DNA from: a bacterium
Lineage (GTDB): Bacteria; Hinthialibacterota; Hinthialibacteria; Hinthialibacterales; Hinthialibacteraceae
NCBI GenBank assembly: GCA_963662285.2
Contig: CAXXMV010000002.1
Location: 1,056,001-1,120,000, forward strand
DNA length: 64,000 nucleotides
Reading direction: 5' to 3'
The position numbers were made by a program, and so were the translations under genes. This document shows, piece by piece, positions 31,327-42,048 of the stretch; within the stretch, counting starts at the first letter, position 1; each line of letters starts with the position of its first letter. The notes beneath the pieces were generated by a model that was not told the DNA's origin, did no database searches, and saw nothing but the letters and a program-made list of their open reading frames with translations.

Positions 31327-31556
31327 TGTTAAAGATACGCCTCAAAAAAGGGGATTTAGTTGAAATAATCATGGGTGCAGACAAAGGCAAAACCGGTAAA
31401 GTTCTGCGAGTGGATAGAAAACACGGCAAAGTTGTCGTTCAAGGCGCTAAGATGCAGAAAAAGCACCAAAAAAGCAACCCTCAGGCCAATCAACCTGGTG
31501 GCGTTATTGAACGAGAAGGACCAATTCATCCCTCCAATCTTCGGTTGGTTAAATAG
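31326..31556 (+). CDS. rplX: 50S ribosomal protein L24 (short, 76 aa)
   Basis: KOW motif KKGDLVEIIMGADKGKTG; EGPIHPSN. Confidence 0.95.
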   Translation: MLKIRLKKGDLVEIIMGADKGKTGKVLRVDRKHGKVVVQGAKMQKKHQKSNPQANQPGGVIEREGPIHPSNLRLVK

Positions 31557-31568
31557 TGAGAGTTGATC

Positions 31569-32183
31569 ATGGCTGAGAAATCAGAAAAACAAACCAAGAA
31601 AAATAAAAAGGCTCCAGCCGAAAATCTTATATCTAAAGATTATAGATCAAGACTTGTTGCCGACTACAGAGAACGTATTGTTCCTGACCTCATGAAAGAG
31701 TTCAGCTACAAAAACGTTATGCAAGTTCCAAAACTTGTAAAGATAGTTATTAATATGGGTATTGGCGAAGCTAACCGCGACGCCAAGATTCTTGAATCCT
31801 TAGTCGGTAATATGGACACCATTGCTGGTCAAAAATCAGTAGTGACTAAAGCCAAGAAATCCATCGCTAACTTCAAAGTCCGTGAGGGAATGCCGGTTGG
31901 TTGCATGGTTACCCTGCGAAATCAACGCATGTACGATTTTATTGATAGATTTATCAATATCTGCGTTCCTCGCATGCGTGACTTCCGTGGATTATCACCT
32001 AAATCTTTTGATGGTCGTGGTAATTACGCTATCGGCATACAAGAGCAGTTGATCTTTCCTGAAATAAGTTTTGATGATGTGGTTAAAAATCAGGGAATGG
32101 ATATTGTATTCGTAACCTCAGCTCCGACTGATGAAGAAGCGCGTAAACTTCTCAAAATGTTCGGAATGCCTTTCCGTAGTTAA
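31569..32183 (+). CDS. rplE: 50S ribosomal protein L5
   Basis: [23 protein letters not shown]; start at ATG 31569 preferred. Confidence 0.98.
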   Translation: MAEKSEKQTKKNKKAPAENLISKDYRSRLVADYRERIVPDLMKEFSYKNVMQVPKLVKIVINMGIGEANRDAKILESLVGNMDTIAGQKSVVTKAKKSIANFKVREGMPVGCMVTLRNQRMYDFIDRFINICVPRMRDFRGLSPKSFDGRGNYAIGIQEQLIFPEISFDDVVKNQGMDIVFVTSAPTDEEARKLLKMFGMPFRS

Positions 32184-32195
32184 GGAGAATAACTC

Positions 32196-32381
32196 ATGGC
32201 GAAGAAAAGCATGATAATCAAGGCTTCCAGGTCTCATAAATATAGCGTCAGAGATTATAACCGTTGTCAACGATGCGGACGCGTTAGAGGTTACTACCGT
32301 AAGTTCAGCCTTTGTCGCATTTGTTTACGAGAATTGGCTCTACAAGGATACATCCCGGGAATGACCAAATCTAGCTGGTAA
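32196..32381 (+). CDS. rpsN: 30S ribosomal protein S14, zinc-binding 61-aa type
   Basis: [23 protein letters not shown]. Confidence 0.98.
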   Translation: MAKKSMIIKASRSHKYSVRDYNRCQRCGRVRGYYRKFSLCRICLRELALQGYIPGMTKSSW

Positions 32382-32414
32382 TTTTATAATGATAGTAATA
32401 AAGGAGTCGGCATT

Positions 32415-32813
32415 ATGTTGACGACTGATCCCATTGCGGACCTTTTGACCAGAATCCGTAATGCGAACATAGCAAGCAAAGAAAAAGTTGATATACCTGC
32501 TTCTAAAATGAAGCAATCAATCATCGATCTTCTTAAACGTGAAGGATACATCCGGAGTTACCGGATCGTAGACGACAAAGGACACAAGGTAATCCGTGTT
32601 TTCATGAAATACGGAACCAAGCAGGAAAAAGTTATTACCCGCTTGGAAAGAGTTAGCAAACCTAGTGTTCGCAGGTATGTTAATAAAGATAATATTCCGC
32701 GTGTTATCAATGGTTTAGGAATTGCCATCATTTCTACCTCTCGCGGCATCATGACAGATCGTGATGCTCGTAAACAGGGAATCGGTGGGGAAATTCTTTG
32801 TAAAATTTGGTAA
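32415..32813 (+). CDS. rpsH: 30S ribosomal protein S8
   Basis: DPIADLLTRIRNA, STSRGIMT, GGEIL. Confidence 0.99.
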   Translation: MLTTDPIADLLTRIRNANIASKEKVDIPASKMKQSIIDLLKREGYIRSYRIVDDKGHKVIRVFMKYGTKQEKVITRLERVSKPSVRRYVNKDNIPRVINGLGIAIISTSRGIMTDRDARKQGIGGEILCKIW

Positions 32814-32854
32814 TACAGGTTCGTTAAAGAAATTCTAGACGCGAGAAAAAAATC

Positions 32855-33391
32855 ATGTCACGAGTCGGACGTCAACCAATATCTATCCCTTCTGAAGTAC
32901 AGGTTACTCTTGAAGCTAACCACATCTTCATTAAAGGATCTAAAGGACAGATGGAATGGGATATTCCTGAGCCTATTACTGTCAAGCAGGAAAACGATGA
33001 AATTCTTGTAGAGCGTCCCAATGACGAGCGCCAAAACAAGGCGCTTCATGGTACCAGTAGGGCTTTAATCGCCAATATGGTAACCGGCGTTTCGCAAGGT
33101 TTTGAGAGAAAATTAGAGATTAACGGCGTCGGTTATCGCGCCAATGCTGAAGGCAGCATTCTTAATCTCGAATTAGGCTATTCTCATCCTATTAAGTACA
33201 AACTACCCGATGGGATCACTGCTGAAGTCGAAAAGAATGTCAATATTACGCTTCGCGGCATCGATAAACAGGTTCTAGGCGAAGCTGCCGCCAAGGTTCG
33301 TTCCTTCCGGCCACCGGAACCATACAAAGGTAAAGGCGTTAAATATGAGGGTGAGCATATTAGACGCAAGGTCGGAAAGAAAAACGTCTAA
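32855..33391 (+). CDS. rplF: 50S ribosomal protein L6
   Basis: MSRVG, GVGYRA, RPPEPYKGKG. Confidence 0.99.
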   Translation: MSRVGRQPISIPSEVQVTLEANHIFIKGSKGQMEWDIPEPITVKQENDEILVERPNDERQNKALHGTSRALIANMVTGVSQGFERKLEINGVGYRANAEGSILNLELGYSHPIKYKLPDGITAEVEKNVNITLRGIDKQVLGEAAAKVRSFRPPEPYKGKGVKYEGEHIRRKVGKKNV

Positions 33392-33434
33392 TATATTAAC
33401 ATAATTAACGTAATTAAGTTGGTAGGCAAAAGCC

Positions 33435-33803
33435 ATGAAGAAAATCAAAAACGCACGAATTCGCCGACATATACGAGTACGGAAAAAAGTGAAAGGCACG
33501 GAAATCAGGCCTAGGCTTGTCGTTTTCCGCAGTTCTAAGCATATTTACGTGCAAGCAATTAACGATCTGGATGGAAATACTATTGTATCTGCATCCAGTA
33601 TTAAGCCATCTGATCTTCCTTCCATTGATAAAGAAGGTATTAGCGGCAAAATTAAAACTGCTATGGCGGTTGGCAAACTGATCGCTCAGCGTCTTAAAGA
33701 TAAAGGCATTGAATCAGCGGTATTTGACCGGGGTGGCTTCCTTTATCATGGTCGTGTTGCTGCAGTTGCAGACGGCGCTAGAGATGGCGGAATTAATTTT
33801 TAA
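33435..33803 (+). CDS. rplR: 50S ribosomal protein L18
   Basis: [26 protein letters not shown]. Confidence 0.99.
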   Translation: MKKIKNARIRRHIRVRKKVKGTEIRPRLVVFRSSKHIYVQAINDLDGNTIVSASSIKPSDLPSIDKEGISGKIKTAMAVGKLIAQRLKDKGIESAVFDRGGFLYHGRVAAVADGARDGGINF

Positions 33804-33830
33804 TTGCCTCGGCGAAAAGGATGATAAACG

Positions 33831-34346
33831 ATGGTTGATGTTTTGAGAGTAGATCGGCACAAAAAAGATACCGAATTTAAAGAACGCGTTATTCATGTCA
33901 ATCGCGTTGATAAAGTTGTAAAAGGCGGTCGCCGCTTTAGTTTCAGCGCCCTGGTGGTTGTTGGAAACGAAAAAGGCAAAGTCGGCATTGGATACGGCAA
34001 AGCCGGTGAAGTCGCCAATGCAATTCGTAAAGCCATCGAACAGGCTAAAAAGAGTATGTTCAGCGTTCCTCTCAAGCGCGGTACTATTCCACATGAAGTA
34101 TTTGAAAAATTTAGTGCAGGAAAAGTTCTTTTGAAGCCTGCTTCCCGTGGTACTGGAGTTATCGCTGGTGGTCCAGTTCGCGCCATTTTGGAAGTTGCTG
34201 GAGTAAAAGATATCCTGGCTAAATCTCTTGGCAGCAGTAATCCCTTAAATATCGCTAAGGCGACTATTCGTGGCTTACAAGCTTTGAAAGATTTGGATAC
34301 CGTTGCTCTGCTGCGAGGCAAAGATCCAAGTGAAATTCTGGGTTAA
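33831..34346 (+). CDS. rpsE: 30S ribosomal protein S5
   Basis: [19 protein letters not shown]. Confidence 0.99.
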   Translation: MVDVLRVDRHKKDTEFKERVIHVNRVDKVVKGGRRFSFSALVVVGNEKGKVGIGYGKAGEVANAIRKAIEQAKKSMFSVPLKRGTIPHEVFEKFSAGKVLLKPASRGTGVIAGGPVRAILEVAGVKDILAKSLGSSNPLNIAKATIRGLQALKDLDTVALLRGKDPSEILG

Positions 34347-34377
34347 TTAACCCTAGGTTTAACTCTCGCAAGGAGAT

Positions 34378-34575
34378 ATGAGCAATATGGCTAATAAATT
34401 TGAAGTAACATTAAAAAGAAGCTTAATCGGCAGTTTTCCTAAACACCGCAGAACTGCTAAAGCGTTAGGTCTACGTAAACTACATAAACCAATAATGGTG
34501 AATGACTCTCCACAAACTCGTGGAATGATCAAATCGATCGAGTATTTAGTAAGCGTACGAGAGTTGGAAGATTAA
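34378..34575 (+). CDS. rpmD: 50S ribosomal protein L30
   Basis: RSLIG, ALGLRK, RGMI. Confidence 0.95.
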   Translation: MSNMANKFEVTLKRSLIGSFPKHRRTAKALGLRKLHKPIMVNDSPQTRGMIKSIEYLVSVRELED

Positions 34576-34605
34576 AGCACTATCTTCGCGAAAGAGTATA
34601 CAATC

Positions 34606-35052
34606 ATGCAGATTGGTGAATTGAACGTACCCCATAAAAAAAGACGCAAACGTATTGGACGTGGTCCTGGCTCTGGATCCGGCAAAACGGCTGGACGAGG
34701 AGCTAACGGACAGCGGTCACGGTCTGGCTACTCCAGGCGCGCTTGGTTTGAAGGTGGTCAGATGCCTCTTCAAAGACGAGTCCCAAAACGTGGATTTAAA
34801 CCATTAAACAAACTATATTATCAACTGATAAATTTGATTTCTCTTGATAAATTTGATGAAGGTCAAACAATCGACCTGGCTTTTATGAAAGAAGTCGGTT
34901 TGATCAAGAACGTCGAACGTAAAGTTAAGATTCTCGGCAATGGCGAACTGACCAAAAAACTTGTTGTTCATGCTGATGCATTCAGCAAATCAGCAATTGA
35001 AAAGATCGCTAAAGCTGGGGGAGAAACCTCAATACTTGAACGTTCCGCTTGA
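34606..35052 (+). CDS. rplO: 50S ribosomal protein L15
   Basis: GRGPGSGSGKTAGRG, FEGGQMPLQRRVPKRGF. Confidence 0.99.
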   Translation: MQIGELNVPHKKRRKRIGRGPGSGSGKTAGRGANGQRSRSGYSRRAWFEGGQMPLQRRVPKRGFKPLNKLYYQLINLISLDKFDEGQTIDLAFMKEVGLIKNVERKVKILGNGELTKKLVVHADAFSKSAIEKIAKAGGETSILERSA

Positions 35053-35106
35053 AGCTCTATTTCACATTAAAAGATGATCATCGCGGGATAAAGGACATTA
35101 GTTGAA

Positions 35107-36471
35107 ATGATTGATGCGATAGCAAATATATTTCGCATACCTGATCTTCGGAAGCGGGTAATATTTACTTTTGGTGTTCTGGCTTTACTCCAGATAGGGA
35201 AATATTTACCCATCCCTGGTATTGATCCCACTCAAATTAAATTTGGAACACAGGGCGGCGGCGGTGGCCTTTTTAGTTTGGTCGATCTTTTCGCTGGCGG
35301 GGCCTTTAGCCAATGTTCTATTTTCGCCCTTGGCATCATGCCCTACATCAGCGCTTCGATTATTCTCCAACTTTTAACGGTTAGTTCTCCTTATTTAGAA
35401 GAATTATCTAAAAAAGGAGAAGAAGGCCGTAAAAAAATTAACCAATATACCCGTTATTTAACGGTTGCCATCACCGCTTTACAAGCCTTCATGCTCTCTT
35501 TCTCTTTTGAGAATGCAGATTCATGGGGCGCTATGGTTTATCAACCCGGTTGGACTTTCAAAATTCTTACTGTTTTTTCGATCTCCACCGGAACCATCAT
35601 AATTATGTGGCTTGGTGAACTCATAACTGAACGCGGCATCGGTAATGGCATATCTCTTATCATTTTCTTTAACATCGTTGCTCGCGTGCCTTCAGTTGCC
35701 GGTAAAGCTCTCAGTCTTTTACAAATGGAAGAACCTTCCTTCACACCACTGGATGGTCTGGCTGTTGCCGTCATGTGCGTCGTTGTTGTTGCTGGAGTAT
35801 GTTTGATTCAATATGGACAGCGCAGGGTTCCCATTAAGCGTGGTAGAGTGCAAAGAGGTAAGATGTACGGGGCGCAGGCAAATTCTTACCTTCCATTAAA
35901 AATTAATACTGCCGGCGTTATTCCTGTAATCTTTGCAGCTGCTATCATGATGCTGCCCGCAACTTTCTTGCAGTTTCTTACTCCACTACAAGGCAGCGAG
36001 AATGTAGTTGCGGCTTTTATTTACAATTCGCTAGATTTCTTTTCTAATTTGCTGATGCCTGGCAAGAGCATCTATACAATTCTCTATGTTGCTTTGATTG
36101 TTTTCTTCTGCTATTTCTATACAGCAATCACTTTCAATCCTAAGGATGTTGCTGAAAACCTTCAGAAATATGGTTCAACCATCCCTGGTTATAGTCATGG
36201 CAGAAAAACTGAAGAATATTTAAGCAGAATCCTTAATCGCATCACCCTGGCTGGCGCTGTTTTCCTGGCCGCTGTGGCTGTATTGCCCGATCTGGTAGGC
36301 AGATGGATGAAAATCGATCCAAGCATAACTAGCATTATGAGCGGTACTTCCATTATTATTATCGTTGGAGTTGCGCTGGATACTGTAAATCAAGTAGAAA
36401 ATCACCTTCGCGTCAGAAATTACGATGGTTTTAGAAAACGCGGTAAGATTCGCGGTCGTTCAGGAATGTAA
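35107..36471 (+). CDS. secY: Preprotein translocase SecY
   Basis: SIFALGIMPYISASII, GIGNGISLII, GVIPVIFA. Confidence 0.99.
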   Translation: MIDAIANIFRIPDLRKRVIFTFGVLALLQIGKYLPIPGIDPTQIKFGTQGGGGGLFSLVDLFAGGAFSQCSIFALGIMPYISASIILQLLTVSSPYLEELSKKGEEGRKKINQYTRYLTVAITALQAFMLSFSFENADSWGAMVYQPGWTFKILTVFSISTGTIIIMWLGELITERGIGNGISLIIFFNIVARVPSVAGKALSLLQMEEPSFTPLDGLAVAVMCVVVVAGVCLIQYGQRRVPIKRGRVQRGKMYGAQANSYLPLKINTAGVIPVIFAAAIMMLPATFLQFLTPLQGSENVVAAFIYNSLDFFSNLLMPGKSIYTILYVALIVFFCYFYTAITFNPKDVAENLQKYGSTIPGYSHGRKTEEYLSRILNRITLAGAVFLAAVAVLPDLVGRWMKIDPSITSIMSGTSIIIIVGVALDTVNQVENHLRVRNYDGFRKRGKIRGRSGM

Positions 36472-36601
36472 TTAAAGTCGAACACTGGTTTTTTAGATTC
36501 ATAAGGCTATAATTTCATTCTTGTATATTTACTCCGTAAAATATTAGGATTAATTTATATACATAAGCATTGATGAACATAGAAGGGTTTGCGCTGGGCG
36601 T

Positions 36602-37411
36602 ATGATTACGCTGAAATCATCTCAAGAGATTCAAAAACTGCAAGAAAGCGCCAATTTGGTATCAGAAGTACAGAACCAGATGATCGCAGTTGCTGAACCC
36701 GGAATAACTACAATTGAACTTGATCGATTGGCGGAAAAGCTGATCCGCGATGCTGGAGCTAAACCAGCCTTCAAAGGATACAGAGGTTTTCCATATACGG
36801 TTTGCATTTCTATAAACGAACAAGTGGTGCACGGCTTCCCCTCAAAGCGCAAAATCAAAGATGGGGATATATTAAGCCTTGATGTTGGAGTAGTTTATCA
36901 AGGATATGTAGGAGACTGCGCCAGAACAATCGGAATAGGAAATATCACTCCGGAAGAAGATCGATTAATACGGTTTTCTTACTATGCATTACAAGAAGCT
37001 TGCTCGGCTCTTCAAGTAGGAAATAGATTGGGCGATGTATCTCATACTGTAGAACGAATCGCTCGTGAAAATGGTTTCGGCGTTGTAAGAGATTTTGTGG
37101 GTCATGGAATTGGCAGAGAAATGCATGAAGACCCTCAGGTTCCAAATTATGGCAAACCTGGCTCCGGACCGAGATTAAAAACGGGTCTTGTTATTTGTAT
37201 AGAGCCGATGTTTAACGTTGGAACTTACGAAGTCGAAGTTTTACAAGATAGATGGACCGTTGTAACAAAAGACCGTCAAAAATCAGTCCATGTTGAAGAT
37301 ATGGTCGCTTTGCTTTCGGATGGTCCGAAAGTTCTGACTTCAGCTAAAGGCGTCATTCTTCCCGAAGAAACAACAGAATCAGCGGTGGAATTGGCTTCAG
37401 GGTCTATATAG
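36602..37411 (+). CDS. map: Type I methionine aminopeptidase
   Basis: SINEQVVHG, GD..R, GHGIG..MHEDP, IEPM. Confidence 0.97.
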   Translation: MITLKSSQEIQKLQESANLVSEVQNQMIAVAEPGITTIELDRLAEKLIRDAGAKPAFKGYRGFPYTVCISINEQVVHGFPSKRKIKDGDILSLDVGVVYQGYVGDCARTIGIGNITPEEDRLIRFSYYALQEACSALQVGNRLGDVSHTVERIARENGFGVVRDFVGHGIGREMHEDPQVPNYGKPGSGPRLKTGLVICIEPMFNVGTYEVEVLQDRWTVVTKDRQKSVHVEDMVALLSDGPKVLTSAKGVILPEETTESAVELASGSI

Positions 37412-37448
37412 AGTATTTTTTAAGAGATAAGATTCTCGGAAACCCATT

Positions 37449-37667
37449 ATGGCAAAGAAAAATGTAATTGAAGTACAAGGAAAAATAACAGAAACTTTGC
37501 CCAATGCGATGTTTCGAGTAGAACTTGAAAATGGACATAAGGTATTAGCGCATATATCTGGAAAGATGCGTATGCATTATATTCGCATCCTACCTGGTGA
37601 TGAGGTGACGGTTGAACTTTCACCATATGATTTAACCCGTGGCCGAATTACATATCGTAAGGCCTGA
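37449..37667 (+). CDS. infA: Translation initiation factor IF-1
   Basis: [24 protein letters not shown]. Confidence 0.99.
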   Translation: MAKKNVIEVQGKITETLPNAMFRVELENGHKVLAHISGKMRMHYIRILPGDEVTVELSPYDLTRGRITYRKA

Positions 37668-37708
37668 TGTAATATATCGTCCGCATCTTATGCGGCGGGA
37701 GAATAAAA

Positions 37709-37822
37709 ATGAAAGTTAAAGCATCTGTTAAACCTATCTGCGAACATTGTAAAGTGATTCGTCGTAAAGGAATAGTCCGGGTAATTTGCACCAATCCCAG
37801 GCACAAACAGCGGCAAGGCTAA
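37709..37822 (+). CDS. rpmJ: 50S ribosomal protein L36 (below ORF-track size cutoff)
   Basis: Translated by hand: [37 protein letters not shown]. Confidence 0.98.
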   Translation: MKVKASVKPICEHCKVIRRKGIVRVICTNPRHKQRQG

Positions 37823-37850
37823 GTCTGTATAGAAATCAGGAGGTTGCACT

Positions 37851-38222
37851 GTGGCTCGTATAGCCGGCGTTGACTTGCCCAGAAACAAAAGAGTTGTTAT
37901 TGGGCTAACATATATTTATGGAATCGGAACCACTCTCTCTGGCAAGATTCTTAAATTAGCTAACGTGGATGAAAGCACCCGTGTTCAAGATCTTACAGAT
38001 GATGATATCACGAGAATTATCAGTATTATACAACGTGAGTTCGTTGTTGAAGGTGATCTACGCCGCGAAGTAAATATGAATATTAAGCGGCTTATGGACA
38101 TTGGCAGTTATAGAGGACTTCGTCATAGAAGAAGCTTACCCGTTAGGGGACAGCGTACCCGAACTAATTCCCGTACGCGTAAAGGCCCTCGTCGCACCAT
38201 CGGCGCTCGGTCTAAAGGATAA
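37851..38222 (+). CDS. rpsM: 30S ribosomal protein S13
   Basis: [23 protein letters not shown]. Confidence 0.99.
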   Translation: MARIAGVDLPRNKRVVIGLTYIYGIGTTLSGKILKLANVDESTRVQDLTDDDITRIISIIQREFVVEGDLRREVNMNIKRLMDIGSYRGLRHRRSLPVRGQRTRTNSRTRKGPRRTIGARSKG

Positions 38223-38266
38223 TAAGATTAGTTTCCTGTTAAACTAGTTAAAAGGAGATACATGCT

Positions 38267-38662
38267 ATGGCACGCGGACGCGGAGCCGGTCGTGGCAAGA
38301 AAAAAGTCAAAAAGAACATCCCTCGCGGGATTGTTCATATACAAGCGACCTTCAATAACACTATCGTTACCATTACCGATATGCAAGGCAATGCTGTTTC
38401 ATGGGCAACTGCTGGAAATACCGGATTTAAAGGTTCGCGTAAAAGCACTCCTTACGCAGCTCAGATAACTGCCCAGGAAGCTGCTACCAAAGCTATGGAT
38501 CACGGTCTTGTAGAAGTCGAAGTACGTGTTAAGGGTCCTGGATCAGGTCGTGAAGCTGCCATTAGAGCTCTACAGATCGCAGGATTGAAAATTCGCATGA
38601 TTAGAGATGTAACGCCAATTCCACATAACGGATGTCGGCCGCCTCAGCGGCGCCGCGTGTAA
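38267..38662 (+). CDS. rpsK: 30S ribosomal protein S11
   Basis: [29 protein letters not shown]. Confidence 0.99.
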   Translation: MARGRGAGRGKKKVKKNIPRGIVHIQATFNNTIVTITDMQGNAVSWATAGNTGFKGSRKSTPYAAQITAQEAATKAMDHGLVEVEVRVKGPGSGREAAIRALQIAGLKIRMIRDVTPIPHNGCRPPQRRRV

Positions 38663-38704
38663 TTGTTATATACAGGAAATCCGTAAGAATTTAGGAGGAA
38701 AAAC

Positions 38705-39334
38705 GTGGCGCGATACCGAGGACCTGACTGTAAACTCTGCCGAGCGGACGGAGTTAAACTTTTTCTTAAAGGGAAAAAGTGCTTATCCGCCAAATGTCCT
38801 TTGAACAAAAGAGACTACCCACCTGGTATGCATGGTCAACGCCGGGGGCGCAAGCAGTCTGATTACGCCCTTCAGTTGCGTGAAAAGCAAAAGTGTAAGA
38901 GGTCTTATGGAGTTTTGGAGCGTCAGTTCCGCCGTTACTTCCATGAAGCCGACCGTATGAGAGGCATTACTGGCGAGAACCTTCTTCATTTGCTGGAAAG
39001 ACGATTGGATAACGTTATTTATCGTCTGGGATTCGCTTCCTCTCGCACTCAAGCTCGTCAACTTGTTCGACATAACCATATCATTGTTAATGGTATTAGA
39101 GTCAATATTCCTTCTTATCTAGTCCGTATTGGAGAAGATATTAAATTGAAGGAATCCAGCCGGGAAATTCCCGTCATTGTCGAATCAATGCAATTGCGTA
39201 GATCTATGGGCGGTTATGGCTGGCTTGAATCTGATTCGCAGAATTTTTCTGGCAGAATGACTCGATTACCGAATCTAGAAGAAATAGCCATTCCGGTGCA
39301 GGAGCAGTTCATCGTAGAGTTGTACTCCAAATAA
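38705..39334 (+). CDS. rpsD: 30S ribosomal protein S4 (Cys-containing N-terminus)
   Basis: CKLCR, QLREKQK, LERRLDNVIYR, VELYSK. Confidence 0.99.
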   Translation: MARYRGPDCKLCRADGVKLFLKGKKCLSAKCPLNKRDYPPGMHGQRRGRKQSDYALQLREKQKCKRSYGVLERQFRRYFHEADRMRGITGENLLHLLERRLDNVIYRLGFASSRTQARQLVRHNHIIVNGIRVNIPSYLVRIGEDIKLKESSREIPVIVESMQLRRSMGGYGWLESDSQNFSGRMTRLPNLEEIAIPVQEQFIVELYSK

Positions 39335-39432
39335 TGGAGTTCGAGAATATGAATAGACAGAACCGGTCTGGTAGAACAAATTTTTACCCACTTCACAATT
39401 TTTATTGTGCGGCAAAGGGGGAATAACATTCC

Positions 39433-40509
39433 ATGAAGTTCAAACCAGTCGTTATGCCAGGTCGAGTTAGAATCGATCAAGCCTCTGAAAACGAGCGGTA
39501 TGGCAAATTTGTTGTTGAACCACTTGAACGAGGTTTCGGAACGACCCTGGGAAGCTCCTTGCGACGGGTTTTGCTCTCTTCCATTCAGGGAGCAGCAGTG
39601 AAAGCGGTGCGCATTGAAGGAGTATTGCAGGAAGTCGCCTACATTCCGGGCGTAGTTGAAGATGTAACTGATATTATTTTGAACATAAAAGGATTACGCG
39701 TTAAAAATCATCGTAATGGCCCTGTAACTCTTTATCTGCAAACTTCTGGAGATAAAGATGTAAAAGCCAGCGATATTGAAGCTAATTCTGATGTTGAAAT
39801 TCTAAATCCTAATCACCATATTGCTACTTTAGATAAAGATGGCGAACTGGAAATGGAATTGTACGTCGATGTTGGAAGAGGTTATACTTCTGCTGAAATT
39901 CTCGATAAAAAAGCAGATTCCTTTCCTATCAATACTATCATGATTGATGCTATCTATACGCCTATCGAGAGGATTAAGTATATAGTTGAAAACGCTCGAG
40001 TTGGCGATATCACTGATTATGACCGTTTGATTATGGAAATATGGACTGATGGAACTGTCACTCCTCAAGATGCTTTGGCCTATTCCGCCAAAATTTTGAA
40101 GGATCACCTTTTCCTCTTCATTAACTTCCCTGACGAAGATGATGTTCCTGTTGAAACTGAAGAGAAGAAAGAAGAAACTGTCAATCCATATCTCTCCAAA
40201 GGCGTTGAAGAACTCGAACTTTCAGTTCGCGCTTACAATTGCCTCAAGGCGGCTAATATAAAATCAATTGGTGAACTTGTTTCCAAAACCGAAAATGAAA
40301 TGCTTAAATATCGTAACTTTGGGAAAAAATCACTTACTGAAATTAAAGAAGTTCTGACTAAATATGGATTATATCTGGGCATGGATCCCAATCAGATGAA
40401 TAACGAATCCATTCAACAGGATCCCAATATTGTACCTGCACTGCTTAAAGACGAAGATGATCTTGATGCGGCGCCAATTAACTTTGACGATGAGGATGAG
40501 GACATTTAG
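39433..40509 (+). CDS. rpoA: RNA polymerase alpha subunit
   Basis: EPLERGFGTTLG..LRRVLLSS, LELSVRAYNCLK, NFGKKSLTEI; acidic C-terminal tail. Confidence 0.99.
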   Translation: MKFKPVVMPGRVRIDQASENERYGKFVVEPLERGFGTTLGSSLRRVLLSSIQGAAVKAVRIEGVLQEVAYIPGVVEDVTDIILNIKGLRVKNHRNGPVTLYLQTSGDKDVKASDIEANSDVEILNPNHHIATLDKDGELEMELYVDVGRGYTSAEILDKKADSFPINTIMIDAIYTPIERIKYIVENARVGDITDYDRLIMEIWTDGTVTPQDALAYSAKILKDHLFLFINFPDEDDVPVETEEKKEETVNPYLSKGVEELELSVRAYNCLKAANIKSIGELVSKTENEMLKYRNFGKKSLTEIKEVLTKYGLYLGMDPNQMNNESIQQDPNIVPALLKDEDDLDAAPINFDDEDEDI

Positions 40510-40544
40510 TCCTGATTATCTATTGTTACTGGAGTAATCGACAA

Positions 40545-40922
40545 ATGAATCATAAAATTAAAGGACGTAAGTTAGGCCGTACTTCTTCTCATCGAGAGGC
40601 GATGCAGGCTAATCAGGCGATTTCCCTCTTTCGATATGGCCGAATTAAGACCACCCTGGCCAAATCTAAAGAGTTGAGGCGCGTCGTTGAGCCATTGATT
40701 ACTGCGGCCAAAGACGATTCTGTTCACGCCAGGCGAAAAGTTGCTAAAACTATTGGTGATAAAACCATAATTAAAAAACTTTTCACTGAAATTGCTCCCG
40801 AATTCAAGGATCGACCAGGCGGCTATACCCAAATTTTCAGGCTTGGACCACGAACCAATGATGGAGCGCAAATGTCTATTATCCAACTTGTTGGATATGA
40901 AATTCCTGAAGACGACAAATAA
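40545..40922 (+). CDS. rplQ: 50S ribosomal protein L17
   Basis: GRKLGRTSSHR, IKTT, RPGGYT. Confidence 0.98.
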   Translation: MNHKIKGRKLGRTSSHREAMQANQAISLFRYGRIKTTLAKSKELRRVVEPLITAAKDDSVHARRKVAKTIGDKTIIKKLFTEIAPEFKDRPGGYTQIFRLGPRTNDGAQMSIIQLVGYEIPEDDK

Positions 40923-40944
40923 TTATCGGTATTGATTATTTAGA

Positions 40945-40991
40945 TAATTAAAAAGGCTTGTCATCATTATGATGACAAGCCTTTTTAATTA
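40945..40991. terminator. Bidirectional intrinsic terminator between convergent rplQ and hemolysin-III gene
   Basis: Perfect 22-bp IR TAATTAAAAAGGCTTGTCATCA-TTA-TGATGACAAGCCTTTTTAATTA. Confidence 0.9.
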
Positions 40992-41046
40992 CATCATTTC
41001 AAAAAAATTTAGTATGCAATACTCTCTCTGGTCTGTATGTTTATAA

Positions 41047-41724
41047 TCAGGATAATGGCAGCACATAGAAAAAGATCGCTAAAAAATGACATACACTACC
41101 CGCAAGTACAAAACAATGCCAGATGGCGTGGTGATATAACCATTGCTTATTAATATAAAACACAATCCCGAATGTATATGCGCATCCACCGGCAATCAGC
41201 CATATAACTCCTGGCAGCGGAACGGCGGCTATCAGTGGTTTGAAGGCGATAACAACTATCCAGCCCATGAGTATATAAAAAATAGAGGACATGATTCTCC
41301 ATCGTCCTGTCATCATGATTTTGAATATAATCCCGACCAGAGCGCATCCCCATATTGTTCCAAATAACGACCAGCCCCAGGTTCCCCGTAAACTGACCAA
41401 TGTAAACGGCGTGTATGTTCCAGCAATGAGAAGATAAATTGAAACATGATCTAATATCCGAAATATGTGTTTGAGGCGCGGAGAACGAAACGCATGGTAT
41501 AAGGTGGATGAAAGATACAATATAACCAGTGCGGCGCCATAGATGCTGAAACTGACAATTCTCCAAACGTCGCCATATAGCGCAGCCAATGTAACCAATA
41601 GGCTGAGAGCCGCCACGCTGAGCAACGTTCCCACAAAATGAGTAATGACATTAGCAAATTCTTCTTTAGGTTTATAAGCCTGCACATCTTCTTTGCACGT
41701 AGTGGATTCCATCTCTATACTCAC
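41047..41724 (-). CDS. Hemolysin III / PAQR-family membrane protein (TrhA/YqfA-like)
   Basis: EEFANVITH, SSTLYH, LDHVSIYLLIAGTYTP, HAIWHCFVLAG..H. Confidence 0.93.
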   Translation of the reverse strand: MSIEMESTTCKEDVQAYKPKEEFANVITHFVGTLLSVAALSLLVTLAALYGDVWRIVSFSIYGAALVILYLSSTLYHAFRSPRLKHIFRILDHVSIYLLIAGTYTPFTLVSLRGTWGWSLFGTIWGCALVGIIFKIMMTGRWRIMSSIFYILMGWIVVIAFKPLIAAVPLPGVIWLIAGGCAYTFGIVFYINKQWLYHHAIWHCFVLAGSVCHFLAIFFYVLPLS

Positions 41725-42048
41725 ATTTTAGAATGATCAGCAAAATCATGATCATTCATTATCGCGTTTTGTCTTATAAAAGCCAATCTTTATGGAAATA
41801 TAAAAACGTTAATAAGAACATTTTGATCAATAACTCAATATAAATACCAAAGAATAAATCTCTCTCCTAAAATCTTCTTTCATACAATAATACTTTCGAA
41901 TGAATGTATGGAAACAAATTAAATTCATAAATATGACGAATGTATCTTTCCAATTAGAATACATTTAATTAAAGTATTAAAGATTCGATATATCCATCTA
42001 TCGAAGAATCTGAAAACCGTAAGAATAAAAAAAACAAGAAAGGCTTTA

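Noticed and set aside
12278-40922. Many 60-165 aa antisense or alternate-frame ORFs within rpo and ribosomal protein genes
   Set aside because: Shadow ORFs of conserved genes with no motifs or translation signals.
41047-41724. Hemolysin as a virulence factor
   Set aside because: The Hly-III/PAQR family is a widespread membrane-homeostasis family; there is no toxin context.
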